Positions 6,873 to 14,889 of a stretch of DNA of 32,620 nucleotides are shown in pieces (positions within the stretch are counted from its first letter, which is position 1; each line of letters starts with the position of its first letter). The translations under genes were made by a program, and so were the position numbers. The notes below the pieces were generated by a model, which had not been told where the DNA came from, did not search any database, and saw only the letters and a program-made list of their open reading frames with translations. This DNA is from Candidatus Binataceae bacterium (GTDB lineage Bacteria; Desulfobacterota; Binatia; Binatales; Binataceae): NCBI GenBank assembly GCA_035506935.1, contig DATJOQ010000336.1:1-32620 (forward strand), in the 5' to 3' direction.

Positions 6873-8555
6873 TTAGTCGATCAATTCCGCTGCCTGCCGC
6901 GCCACCACTTCGCCAAGCTGCAGATCCCGCTCGCTGAAAACCCGCGGAGCACGAAACAGCATCGAGAACACGCCGACCAGCCTGCCGCTTTTGCGGATCA
7001 TCGGCTCCGCCTGCACCGCGCTGAATCCGATCCTCGCCGCCAGCTCGCGATAACCCGCCGACAGTGCAGCGTTGTTCACGTCCTCGACACAGACCGTTCG
7101 GCGCATACGCACCGCGCGCTCACATATCTTCTCGTCCGCGCTGACCGATCCGAACCTTTCCCTGATGTTTGGTTCAAAGCCGCGCGACGCTATCAGTTTC
7201 AAGCTCTTCGAGTCGTCGTCCAGCGCCTGAACGTTGCCAAAGTCGGCTCCCGAGAGCGTCATTGCGGCCTCCAGCATCTGGTCGATCTCGCTTTGCATGG
7301 TTGCCGCCGCCGTGACCTTGATCGTCGTGCGATGAAGCGCCTGCATCATCTCGAGCTCGGTCTCAAGCCGGCTCTCGTCCTCGCGTGTAGCCGGTTGCGC
7401 CCGTTTGATCGCGCTCACGTCGACGAACGTGATCACGACCCCCTCCGTTTCCGCCCCGGCAAACCTCTGATACGGACTCACTCGCATCACGAACACGTGG
7501 CCCGCACGGCTTCGAATCTCGCGCTCGACCGGCGGTTCGCCGGCCAGCACCGCGCGCGCATCCTTCTCGATACCGGCATAGTCCAGAATATGAACCAGCC
7601 CGCGTACCGGCTGATGGAGTTCGCGCGCCGTGATATTGAAAATCTGGCAAAGCCGCGGCGTATATCGCGCGACACGGCAGTCGCGGTCGACAAACAGCGT
7701 CGCCACGTTAGTCGCCGCCATCAGGTTCTCCAGATCGGTGTAGGCGCTCGATACTTCCTTCAGCTTGGACTTGAGTTCCTGATTTACCGACTGCAGCTCC
7801 TCGTTGAAGCATTGCAGATCTTCTATGCTGTCCTCGGTTACCGCAGTCGCGCGGTATCCTCTGCCTATGGCTCGCAGCAGCGGCTCATTGGCGCTGGGCA
7901 TGTCCTCCGCGCTCCGTGCTTCAAAAATCCGATAGGTTTTGTCCAGCGGATGAAACAGTTCTTCGTCGGCTGCCTCCGCAGGGCCGAGAAACATGAAGGC
8001 GCCATCCTGGCAGGCATGACGTAGCAGCGCCATCGCCCGCGCCTGCAAGCTTCGGTCGAAGTAAGTCAGAAGATTGCGGCAGCAAATCAGGTTCTGGCGC
8101 AAAAACGGCGAGTCCCGCAACAAATTGTGCTTGGCGAACACGATACTGTCGCGGATCGCGCTTGCCACCCGATAGTCCTTGCCCTGCGCACGGAAGAACC
8201 GCACGAGCCTGTACTCCGCCACGTCAGCACGGATTGTATTCGGGTACAGCCCTTTTCGTGCCACCGCTAGTGCGGATTCGTCCACATCGGAAGCAAAGAT
8301 GATCAAGTTGCGCTGAACGCCGCGAAGCTCGAATTCCTCACGAAACAGAATCGCAACGGTGTAAGCATCTTCGCCGGTTGCGCATCCGGGAATCCACACC
8401 CTGATCTGCTCGCTAGGATCGCTGTGCTCGACCAGTGGATCGACCACCAACTTTTGCAGCGCATCCCAGGCTTCGGGATCGCGGAAAAACCTCGCTCCAG
8501 TTCCGCCAACCGGGTTTCCTAAATAAGCGGGCGTGGTTTTACCCTCTTCACTCAT
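6873..8555 (-). CDS. CheR-type SAM-dependent methyltransferase fused to PAS and GAF domains
   Basis: The SAM-binding motif VWIPGCATGEDAYTVAIL is CheR-like. The heptad linker FNEELQSVNQELKSKLKEV followed by a PAS-like block is as seen in CheB/CheR-PAS fusions. The C-terminal ~150 aa is GAF-like. No kinase or other output domain is present. Confidence 0.82.
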   Translation of the reverse strand: MSEEGKTTPAYLGNPVGGTGARFFRDPEAWDALQKLVVDPLVEHSDPSEQIRVWIPGCATGEDAYTVAILFREEFELRGVQRNLIIFASDVDESALAVARKGLYPNTIRADVAEYRLVRFFRAQGKDYRVASAIRDSIVFAKHNLLRDSPFLRQNLICCRNLLTYFDRSLQARAMALLRHACQDGAFMFLGPAEAADEELFHPLDKTYRIFEARSAEDMPSANEPLLRAIGRGYRATAVTEDSIEDLQCFNEELQSVNQELKSKLKEVSSAYTDLENLMAATNVATLFVDRDCRVARYTPRLCQIFNITARELHQPVRGLVHILDYAGIEKDARAVLAGEPPVEREIRSRAGHVFVMRVSPYQRFAGAETEGVVITFVDVSAIKRAQPATREDESRLETELEMMQALHRTTIKVTAAATMQSEIDQMLEAAMTLSGADFGNVQALDDDSKSLKLIASRGFEPNIRERFGSVSADEKICERAVRMRRTVCVEDVNNAALSAGYRELAARIGFSAVQAEPMIRKSGRLVGVFSMLFRAPRVFSERDLQLGEVVARQAAELID

Positions 8556-8806
8556 ACCGGGTACCTCAAACCAGATGCGCGTGAGGCGGGTGAATGAGGC
8601 GGGGATGAAGCATTACGCGCGCCGCGGCCTTCGCGCACACAGTTGCCAACGATCAGGCCACGCCTCCTCTTTCAATACCCCTCCCTGCAATTTTTGCAAG
8701 GCACCGATACCGCTGTCGAAGCGGTTTTCCACAATCTCTTTCCACCCGCGCCACCGCCGCCGCTGTCGTTGCCTCAATCAAGCCCCTGCCTATACATATG
8801 TGAGGC

Positions 8807-10252
8807 GTGGATGAGAGCAGGGCGGTAGCGCGTTACTCGACCCTCGACCAACCGCGGCAAAGCAGCGTCGTGCGGGTTGAACTGATGCTCGCTGCGGTGA
8901 TGCTGATCACGCTGCTCGCCTACCTCCGATGCTTGAGTAATCCGTTCACGCTCGACGACCACATCTTCCTCGAAAATCACCTCATCGGTAGCTGGTCGTT
9001 CCTGTCGCGGTCGTTGGCCGGCGACGCGCTCTGGTTCGTCGATCCCGGCGGCACGCCGCTGAGCCCTTATTATCGGCCGCTGCTGCTGATCGTCCTGGGC
9101 TTCGAATACCATCTCTTCGGCTTGAATCCCGCCGCCTTTCACGCTGTCTCCCTGCTACTCCATCTGCTCGTGGTCTTCCTGGTATTCAAGATCGCCGCGC
9201 GCCTCACCGCCGACCTGTACGCGGCACTGTTGACCGCGCTCCTGTTCGGCCTGATTCCGGCTCACGCCGAAGCCGTCCTCTCGATCGCCGCTACCAACTA
9301 TCCGCTCGGCGCCGCCTTCCAGTTGGGTGCTTTTTATCTCGTCATATCCGCGGGCGATAAGCGCGATACTTCGCCGCTCGCGGTCCTGCTCTATCTCGCC
9401 GCGCTGCTATGCCACGAAAACGCGATCATGCTTCCCGCCCTCGTGGCGATTTACGTCCTCTTGCTCGAACCAGCCGGCGCAATCCGCGATGAACCGCTTG
9501 TCGTCCGCGCGCGCGCCAGGATCGGCACCGCCGTCATCCGCATCAAATACTTCGCGCTCGTGATGCTGCTCTACATGGCGTTTCGCGTTTTCGTTCTGCA
9601 TCTGGCCTTCGTTACTCCGAGCGTCGGCGCCGGCCACGTCAGCAGCGCCGTGCTTCTGCTGACCCTGCCGCGAGTGATGGTCATGTATGTGGCCCTGATG
9701 GTAGTGCCGTGGCTCGCCGGTGATTCCGACCGCGCGACTTTCGTGCACCGCGCCGCTTCGCCCGATTTCTACCTCCCGCTGATTACACTGACTACTCTGA
9801 CTGTTTTTCTCTACATGGTACTGCGTAATCATCCGCGCCGGGCGCTCTACCTCTTCTGCATATTATGGATCGGGATCGAGATCGCCCCGATGCTGAATCT
9901 GCGCGGACTCTGGCCCGAGGGCGAAATTGCCAACCGCTATTTCTATATGCCGTCTGTCGGATGGTGCATGATGCTGGCCGATTGGGCGGTCGTGCTCGCG
10001 CACCGCGGCGCTCGCGTCCGCCAACTGGTCTTTGCCGGCACCGCCGCGATGCTCGCAATTTCGCTCATCGTGCTGATGAATCTGATGAGCCTGTGGCACG
10101 ATGAGGTCGCGCTGATCCGGGGCCGCCTGACGCGCTTCCCCGAATCCGCTTACTGCCACAGGGCTCTCGCGCGCGCACTGCGCAAACAGGGCGATATCGT
10201 CGGCGCTCGGCACGAACGCGAGACCGCCGCAAGAATGGCCGCTGGAAGTTAG
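8807..10252 (+). CDS. polytopic membrane protein, TMTC/PMT-like GT-C glycosyltransferase candidate with a short TPR-like tail
   Basis: About 10 or more hydrophobic helices are apparent. The N-terminal signature YLRCLSNPFTLDDHIFLENH resembles bacterial TMTC/DUF1736-type proteins. The C-terminus (CHRALARALRKQGDIVGA) is TPR-like. The GTG start at 8807 is uncertain; an in-frame ATG at 8885 is an alternative. Confidence 0.7.
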   Translation: MDESRAVARYSTLDQPRQSSVVRVELMLAAVMLITLLAYLRCLSNPFTLDDHIFLENHLIGSWSFLSRSLAGDALWFVDPGGTPLSPYYRPLLLIVLGFEYHLFGLNPAAFHAVSLLLHLLVVFLVFKIAARLTADLYAALLTALLFGLIPAHAEAVLSIAATNYPLGAAFQLGAFYLVISAGDKRDTSPLAVLLYLAALLCHENAIMLPALVAIYVLLLEPAGAIRDEPLVVRARARIGTAVIRIKYFALVMLLYMAFRVFVLHLAFVTPSVGAGHVSSAVLLLTLPRVMVMYVALMVVPWLAGDSDRATFVHRAASPDFYLPLITLTTLTVFLYMVLRNHPRRALYLFCILWIGIEIAPMLNLRGLWPEGEIANRYFYMPSVGWCMMLADWAVVLAHRGARVRQLVFAGTAAMLAISLIVLMNLMSLWHDEVALIRGRLTRFPESAYCHRALARALRKQGDIVGARHERETAARMAAGS

Positions 10253-10255
10253 ATC

Positions 10256-11731
10256 TTGGAAACGCTCGATCAGCTCGACCAGGTCCGTGCCGCATCCGCC
10301 CGCGAAGCTGCCGCGCTGGAGGCCTCGGACCAGCACGCCCTCGATCGCACGTCGCAACACGCCGCCGCCGATTCGCGCCGCCGCCTGATGTACCTGATGG
10401 TCTTCGTGCTCACTTTCGCCGTTTTCGTGTTCTCGCCGGTGACCGAGCTGTTCGATAGTAAGTTTTCATTATTACTCAGTGAAAGCCTGCTGACTAATCA
10501 TTCACCGGCCTTGAATGCCTATTCGATTCCAGGGCTCGATTTCGATACTCTTCCGCCAGACGTCAATCTGATCACCGGCGGAAGCTTCTACCAGCTCATG
10601 CGGCTCGACGGCAAAGTTCTCTACTATTATCCGCACGGCACGTCGTATCTGTCGCTGCCGATGGTTGCTGTTTTGCGCGGGATGGGAGAATCCGTCGTGT
10701 CTGCCGGCGGACGCTACGACAAAGCCCGCGAAGAGCGGGAGCAGCATCTGGTTGCGTCATTCCTGATGGCTCTGCTGGCGTGCATTTTTCTGCGTACGGC
10801 CGAGCTGATGCTGCCCGACTCGTGGAGCAAGGTCGTCGCGATCGGCGCCGCTTTCGGCACCCAGATCTGGAGCACCGCGTCGCGCTCGCTATGGTCGCAC
10901 ACCTGGGAAATTCTGCTGCTCGGATTTGTGATCCTCGAATTACTCAGCGCCGAGGAAAAATCACGCCGGTTGCGCCCGATTCTGCTCGCAACTTTGGTCT
11001 CCTGGATGTTCTTTGTGCGCCCCACCGGCGCCCTCGTGGTGATCGGTCTCTCGATATATATTTTTGTCTATCATCGAAAAGACTCGATACCGTTTTGTGT
11101 AACCGGACTCGGATGGCTTGCCGGGTTCATTACCTATTCATGGTACACCTTCGGGCAATTGCTGCCTGGCTATTATCATAACCAGACCTTTCATACCTTT
11201 TCTCACTTCACGACCGCGTTCGCAGCCAATCTGCTAAGCCCCTCGCGCGGACTTTTCGTCTTCGTGCCCGAGCTGATGTTCGTCGTTTTTCTCCTCGATC
11301 GCTATTGGACGCGCCTGCCTCATCGCCGCCTCGCCGTGCTCGCGCTCGCGATAAGCTTCGCCCACCTGCTGATCATCTGCGGCGACGAGAAATGGTGGGG
11401 CGGATGGTCCTTCGGTCCGCGCCTCTTAACCGATCTCGTCCCCTGGTTCGTGCTGCTCGCGATCCTCTCTCTGCGTGCCTTTCGCGACGATCTCCTGCAG
11501 CGGGAAATCGCCGACTCCTCCGGCCGCAAGCGCTTCAGCCGAAGCGATCAGGCGAAGATCGCGCTTGGATTCTTCCTCCTCGCAATCGGCATCGCGATCA
11601 ACTCGCGCGGCGCGATGTCGTGGAAGACCGGCCAATGGAACGCCTCGCCGCACATCGACGCTTACCCCGGGCGCGTTTTTGACTGGCGCGAGCCGCAATT
11701 CCTCGCCGGCTTAGTCCCGCATCGGCGATGA
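10256..11731 (+). CDS. polytopic membrane protein, GT-C-like candidate
   Basis: Has many hydrophobic helices and a C-proximal motif WWGGWSFGPRLLTDLVPW of the type seen in GT-C enzymes. The TTG at 10256 lies 3 nt after the upstream stop codon; an ATG at 10388 is an alternative start. Confidence 0.65.
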   Translation: METLDQLDQVRAASAREAAALEASDQHALDRTSQHAAADSRRRLMYLMVFVLTFAVFVFSPVTELFDSKFSLLLSESLLTNHSPALNAYSIPGLDFDTLPPDVNLITGGSFYQLMRLDGKVLYYYPHGTSYLSLPMVAVLRGMGESVVSAGGRYDKAREEREQHLVASFLMALLACIFLRTAELMLPDSWSKVVAIGAAFGTQIWSTASRSLWSHTWEILLLGFVILELLSAEEKSRRLRPILLATLVSWMFFVRPTGALVVIGLSIYIFVYHRKDSIPFCVTGLGWLAGFITYSWYTFGQLLPGYYHNQTFHTFSHFTTAFAANLLSPSRGLFVFVPELMFVVFLLDRYWTRLPHRRLAVLALAISFAHLLIICGDEKWWGGWSFGPRLLTDLVPWFVLLAILSLRAFRDDLLQREIADSSGRKRFSRSDQAKIALGFFLLAIGIAINSRGAMSWKTGQWNASPHIDAYPGRVFDWREPQFLAGLVPHRR

Positions 11732-11745
11732 TCCCGCCCCGGTCG
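11714..11745 (+). repeat. left copy of 32-bp perfect direct repeat (covers the last 5 sense codons, the stop codon and 14 nt downstream of the membrane-protein gene)
   Basis: GTCCCGCATCGGCGATGATCCCGCCCCGGTCG is identical to 12219-12250. The match extends to 11702 with 3 mismatches. Confidence 0.95.
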
Positions 11746-11788
11746 ATTTCATTTATGGCAGCCGACGTTCGGGACCAAGAATGTTGCG

Positions 11789-12202
11789 ATGGATAAACTG
11801 ACGCAACCCGCGTTCATCGACTTTCATGACGCGGTGATTTCGAGCGTTAAACTCCATGGCGATTCTTCCGCGACCATTAGCTTCGAAAACCTGAACTGCT
11901 TTTACGCGGTCGGACCAGACGAGTACGAAGTCTGGGCTTGCGCTGCGGACATTAGTTGTTACGGACTGCGAGCCCTCGAGTTGAAGGGGAGGCTGGATTC
12001 GAGTGTTTGGGTGTCGCATGGGTCGATGCTGGACGCCCAGCAAAGCGAAGTTCTCGCCCTCTCAACGGAGGAATCGCAAATAAGTTCGCTGAGCCTGACT
12101 CTACTATCCGGTACGGAGATCCGATTATCGGTGGGCTCGGCCAGACTCGAGACCCTCAAACGATTGGAACAGCTTGAAAAGTGGACCGGCCCTCTTCGAT
12201 AG
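11789..12202 (+). CDS. orphan hypothetical protein inside the repeat-bracketed insertion
   Basis: A 137-aa ATG ORF fills most of the AT-richer 505-bp segment. It has no clear Shine-Dalgarno sequence and no motif I can assign with confidence. Confidence 0.45.
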   Translation: MDKLTQPAFIDFHDAVISSVKLHGDSSATISFENLNCFYAVGPDEYEVWACAADISCYGLRALELKGRLDSSVWVSHGSMLDAQQSEVLALSTEESQISSLSLTLLSGTEIRLSVGSARLETLKRLEQLEKWTGPLR

Positions 12203-12218
12203 GAGGCTCGCTGGCCTC

Positions 12219-12250
12219 GTCCCGCATCGGCGATGATCCCGCCCCGGTCG
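12219..12250 (+). repeat. right copy of 32-bp perfect direct repeat
   Basis: Identical to 11714-11745. The extended copy from 12207 would read LAGLVPHRR-stop, the same as the end of the upstream gene. Confidence 0.95.
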
Positions 12251-12303
12251 CGCTTGCCCTTGCCCGTATGCCACTATACTGATTCGTCAAGGCGAAGCGT
12301 CTC

Positions 12304-13836
12304 GTGATCCTTATTCTCGATTTCGGCAGCCAGTACACTCAGCTCATAGCTCGCCGCCTGCGCGAGGCGCGGGTCTACTGTGAGATCCATCCGTTCGACT
12401 TCCCGCTGGAAAAAATCCGCGCGCTGAATCCGCGCGGCCTGATTCTGTCCGGCGGTCCCGCGAGCCTCTACGAGAACGAAGCCCCCGATATCGCCGACGA
12501 GGTGCTGCGGCTCGGATGCCCGGTGCTGGGTATCTGCTACGGGATGTACGTGATCGCGCAGCACATGGGCGCGCACAGCGCCGGCGCCCGCGCCCGCGAG
12601 TACGGCCCCGCTACTTTGATAATCGATCAGCCCGCCGAGCTCTTCGACGGTCTCGATCAGCGCGAGCAGCTCGTATGGATGAGCCACGGCGATCGCGTCG
12701 AGAGCGTGCCCGCCACGCTCAGCGCAATCGCGCGCAGCGCCAATTCGCCCTATGCCGCGATTCGGAGCCTCGACGGCAAACTCTACGGCATCCAGTTCCA
12801 TCCCGAGGTCACCCACACCCCCTGCGGCGTGCAGGTCCTGCGCAATTTCGCCTATCGCATATGCGGCGAGCAGGGCGACTGGAACATGACCGATTTCGTC
12901 CGCACCAAGGTCGACGAAATCCGCGCGCGCGTCGGCCGCGACGATCATGTCCTGATGGCGCTCTCGGGCGGCGTCGATTCGGCAGTCGCCGCCGCGCTGA
13001 TTGCTCAGGCGATCGGCAATCGGCTGAAATGCGTGTTCGTCGATAACGCTCTGCTGCGCGCCGGCGAGCGCTCGCGCGTCGAAAACGTTTTCGCGCGCCG
13101 CCAGGGAATCGATCTGACCACCGTCGACGCTTCGGATCTTTTCCTCGACCGCCTCAAAGGCGTGCTCGATCCCGAGCAGAAGCGTCGCATCATCGGCCAC
13201 ACCTTCATCGAAGTCTTCGAGCATCAGGCCCGCGCGCTCGGCGACGCGCGTTTTCTCGGTCAAGGCACGCTTTATCCCGACGTCATCGAGTCGGTATCGT
13301 TCAAGGGGCCGTCCGCGACCATCAAGAGCCATCACAACGTTGGCGGATTACCCGAGCAGATGCGCCTCGAACTGATCGAGCCGCTGCGCGAGCTGTTCAA
13401 GGACGAGGTGCGCGAGGTCGGCCGCGAGCTCGGTCTGCCCGCCGAAATCGTCGAGCGCGAGCCGTTTCCCGGCCCTGGGCTCGCCGTGCGCATCGTCGGC
13501 GAAGTCACCCGCGACGCCCTCGAGCTGCTGCGCAAAGCCGACCAGATCGTGGTCGAGGAAATCCGCCGAAGCGGCCTCTCCACGCGCCTGTGGCAGGCCT
13601 TCGCCGTGCTCCTGCCGCTAAAGACCGTCGGCGTGATGGGCGACGGCCGCAGCTACGAAAGCGTGATCGCGATTCGCGCCGTCGAATCGTTCGACGGCAT
13701 GACCGCCGATTGGGCCCGGCTCGATCCCGAGCTGGTCGCGCTGATTTCCAGCCGCATCACCAACGAGGTCAAAGGCGTCAACCGCGTGGTCTACGACGTC
13801 ACCTCGAAGCCGCCCGCCACCATCGAGTGGGAGTGA
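12304..13836 (+). CDS. guaA: GMP synthase (glutamine-hydrolysing)
   Basis: The N-terminus is ILILDFGSQYTQLIARRLRE. The GATase Cys motif GICYGM and the PP-loop SGGVDS are present, and the C-terminus PPATIEWE is conserved. It uses a GTG start and is 510 aa long. Confidence 0.95.
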   Translation: MILILDFGSQYTQLIARRLREARVYCEIHPFDFPLEKIRALNPRGLILSGGPASLYENEAPDIADEVLRLGCPVLGICYGMYVIAQHMGAHSAGARAREYGPATLIIDQPAELFDGLDQREQLVWMSHGDRVESVPATLSAIARSANSPYAAIRSLDGKLYGIQFHPEVTHTPCGVQVLRNFAYRICGEQGDWNMTDFVRTKVDEIRARVGRDDHVLMALSGGVDSAVAAALIAQAIGNRLKCVFVDNALLRAGERSRVENVFARRQGIDLTTVDASDLFLDRLKGVLDPEQKRRIIGHTFIEVFEHQARALGDARFLGQGTLYPDVIESVSFKGPSATIKSHHNVGGLPEQMRLELIEPLRELFKDEVREVGRELGLPAEIVEREPFPGPGLAVRIVGEVTRDALELLRKADQIVVEEIRRSGLSTRLWQAFAVLLPLKTVGVMGDGRSYESVIAIRAVESFDGMTADWARLDPELVALISSRITNEVKGVNRVVYDVTSKPPATIEWE

Positions 13837-13845
13837 GCTCCATGT

Positions 13846-14484
13846 TCATTCGTTCAGCGATTTCGTCCCGCTGACGAACGGACTGTTCCGAACATAAAAT
13901 CGTAGCAGCCGATGCGCCTCCCGCGTAATGCCGATCCTGACGCTCTGTCCGATTTTACCGGGTTCCTGGTCGTCGCATCCGAGGTATAGCGGCCCTTCTC
14001 CGCAAAGATCGGTCCCATCTAGCCGGCGATCGATCCGTAACGCCGCGGTGAGCTTTCCCGGCCCTCGAGCCAGGTCGCGCAAACGCTCGACACCACGATT
14101 TTCGCGCATGATCGCGATACCTTCGAGCGGCTCGAGCGCCCTGATCAGCACCCCGGCTCCGATCTCGGGCGCCTCGCTCGAGACATTCAGCATGTATGAG
14201 ATCCCATACGCCAGGTAAACGTAGGCGTGCCCCCGCTCGAGAAACAGCGCACGATTGCGCGGCGTCATTCCCCGATACGCATGCCCTGCGGCATCGCCCA
14301 CGACGTACGCTTCGGTCTCAACGATACGACCGCTGACCACGCCTTCGGGTATCTCACGCACCAGTATTTTCCCGATCAGATAGCGGGCGAGCGAGACCGT
14401 ATCAGTCGGTAGCTCCGCGCGCGCGAGCGGGCGGCAGAGGTAATTTTTATGATGACCGGGTTTCAGGAAATCCGCTCGACCCAT
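13846..14484 (-). CDS. mpg: DNA-3-methyladenine glycosylase, AAG/Mpg family
   Basis: The conserved RIVETEAY motif is present, along with the AYRG and GPGKL blocks typical of the AAG/Mpg family. The start overlaps the upstream gene by 22 nt. Confidence 0.85.
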   Translation of the reverse strand: MGRADFLKPGHHKNYLCRPLARAELPTDTVSLARYLIGKILVREIPEGVVSGRIVETEAYVVGDAAGHAYRGMTPRNRALFLERGHAYVYLAYGISYMLNVSSEAPEIGAGVLIRALEPLEGIAIMRENRGVERLRDLARGPGKLTAALRIDRRLDGTDLCGEGPLYLGCDDQEPGKIGQSVRIGITREAHRLLRFYVRNSPFVSGTKSLNE

Positions 14485-14843
14485 TGCGCGCGCGAAGGCC
14501 CCGGCTCGAACGCGTCGCCGAAATACTGGGTCTCCCGCGCCACCTTCCCGTCGACGAACTCCATGATGCTCACGGTGTAGGACGGCCGCCCGTCGTAGCT
14601 GAGCACGAACTCAGTGATCCACAAGTCGCCCGCGCCGATTATCCGCCGCACGGTGAAACGCTTCTGATTCGGTTGCGCCGCGCGAGACAACAGGATGTTA
14701 CGCCGGCCACGGAGGCGCTCGCCCGATTGCGGATATTCGAGCACCGCGTCCTCTCGATAAATGTCGTGTTCCGTCTCGAACTCGTTAGCATCCGAGGCCG
14801 CCCAATGGCGATCCAGCGCCGCTCGAATCTCTCGCTCTTCCAT
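14463..14843 (-). CDS. NTF2/SnoaL-like small protein
   Basis: The 126-aa size and pattern (REIRAALDRHWAA...DLWITEFVLSYDG...MEFVDGKVARETQYF) are typical of the NTF2-like fold. It is sandwiched in the same orientation between the MOSC and mpg genes. Confidence 0.7.
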   Translation of the reverse strand: MEEREIRAALDRHWAASDANEFETEHDIYREDAVLEYPQSGERLRGRRNILLSRAAQPNQKRFTVRRIIGAGDLWITEFVLSYDGRPSYTVSIMEFVDGKVARETQYFGDAFEPGPSRAQWVERIS

Positions 14844-14889
14844 GTCAAATCTCCTCGATTATGCCCGACTCATCTCAAAGCCCGAATCT

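Noticed and set aside
8686-8698. Perfect palindrome TGCAA-TTT-TTGCA in the divergent CheR / GT-C intergenic region, considered as an operator or sigma-54 -12 element
   Set aside because: No GG element lies at the -24 spacing, so it is not a sigma-54 promoter. A single 5+5 palindrome could be chance, and there is no second copy in the window.
12254-12280. TTGCCC-N15-TATACT upstream of guaA as a sigma-70-type promoter
   Set aside because: The spacer is short and the -35 element is weak. It cannot be supported without transcript data, so it is not listed as a feature.
12274-13335. 353-aa minus-strand ORF antisense to guaA
   Set aside because: guaA on the + strand has unambiguous GATase and PP-loop motifs. 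The antisense ORF has none.
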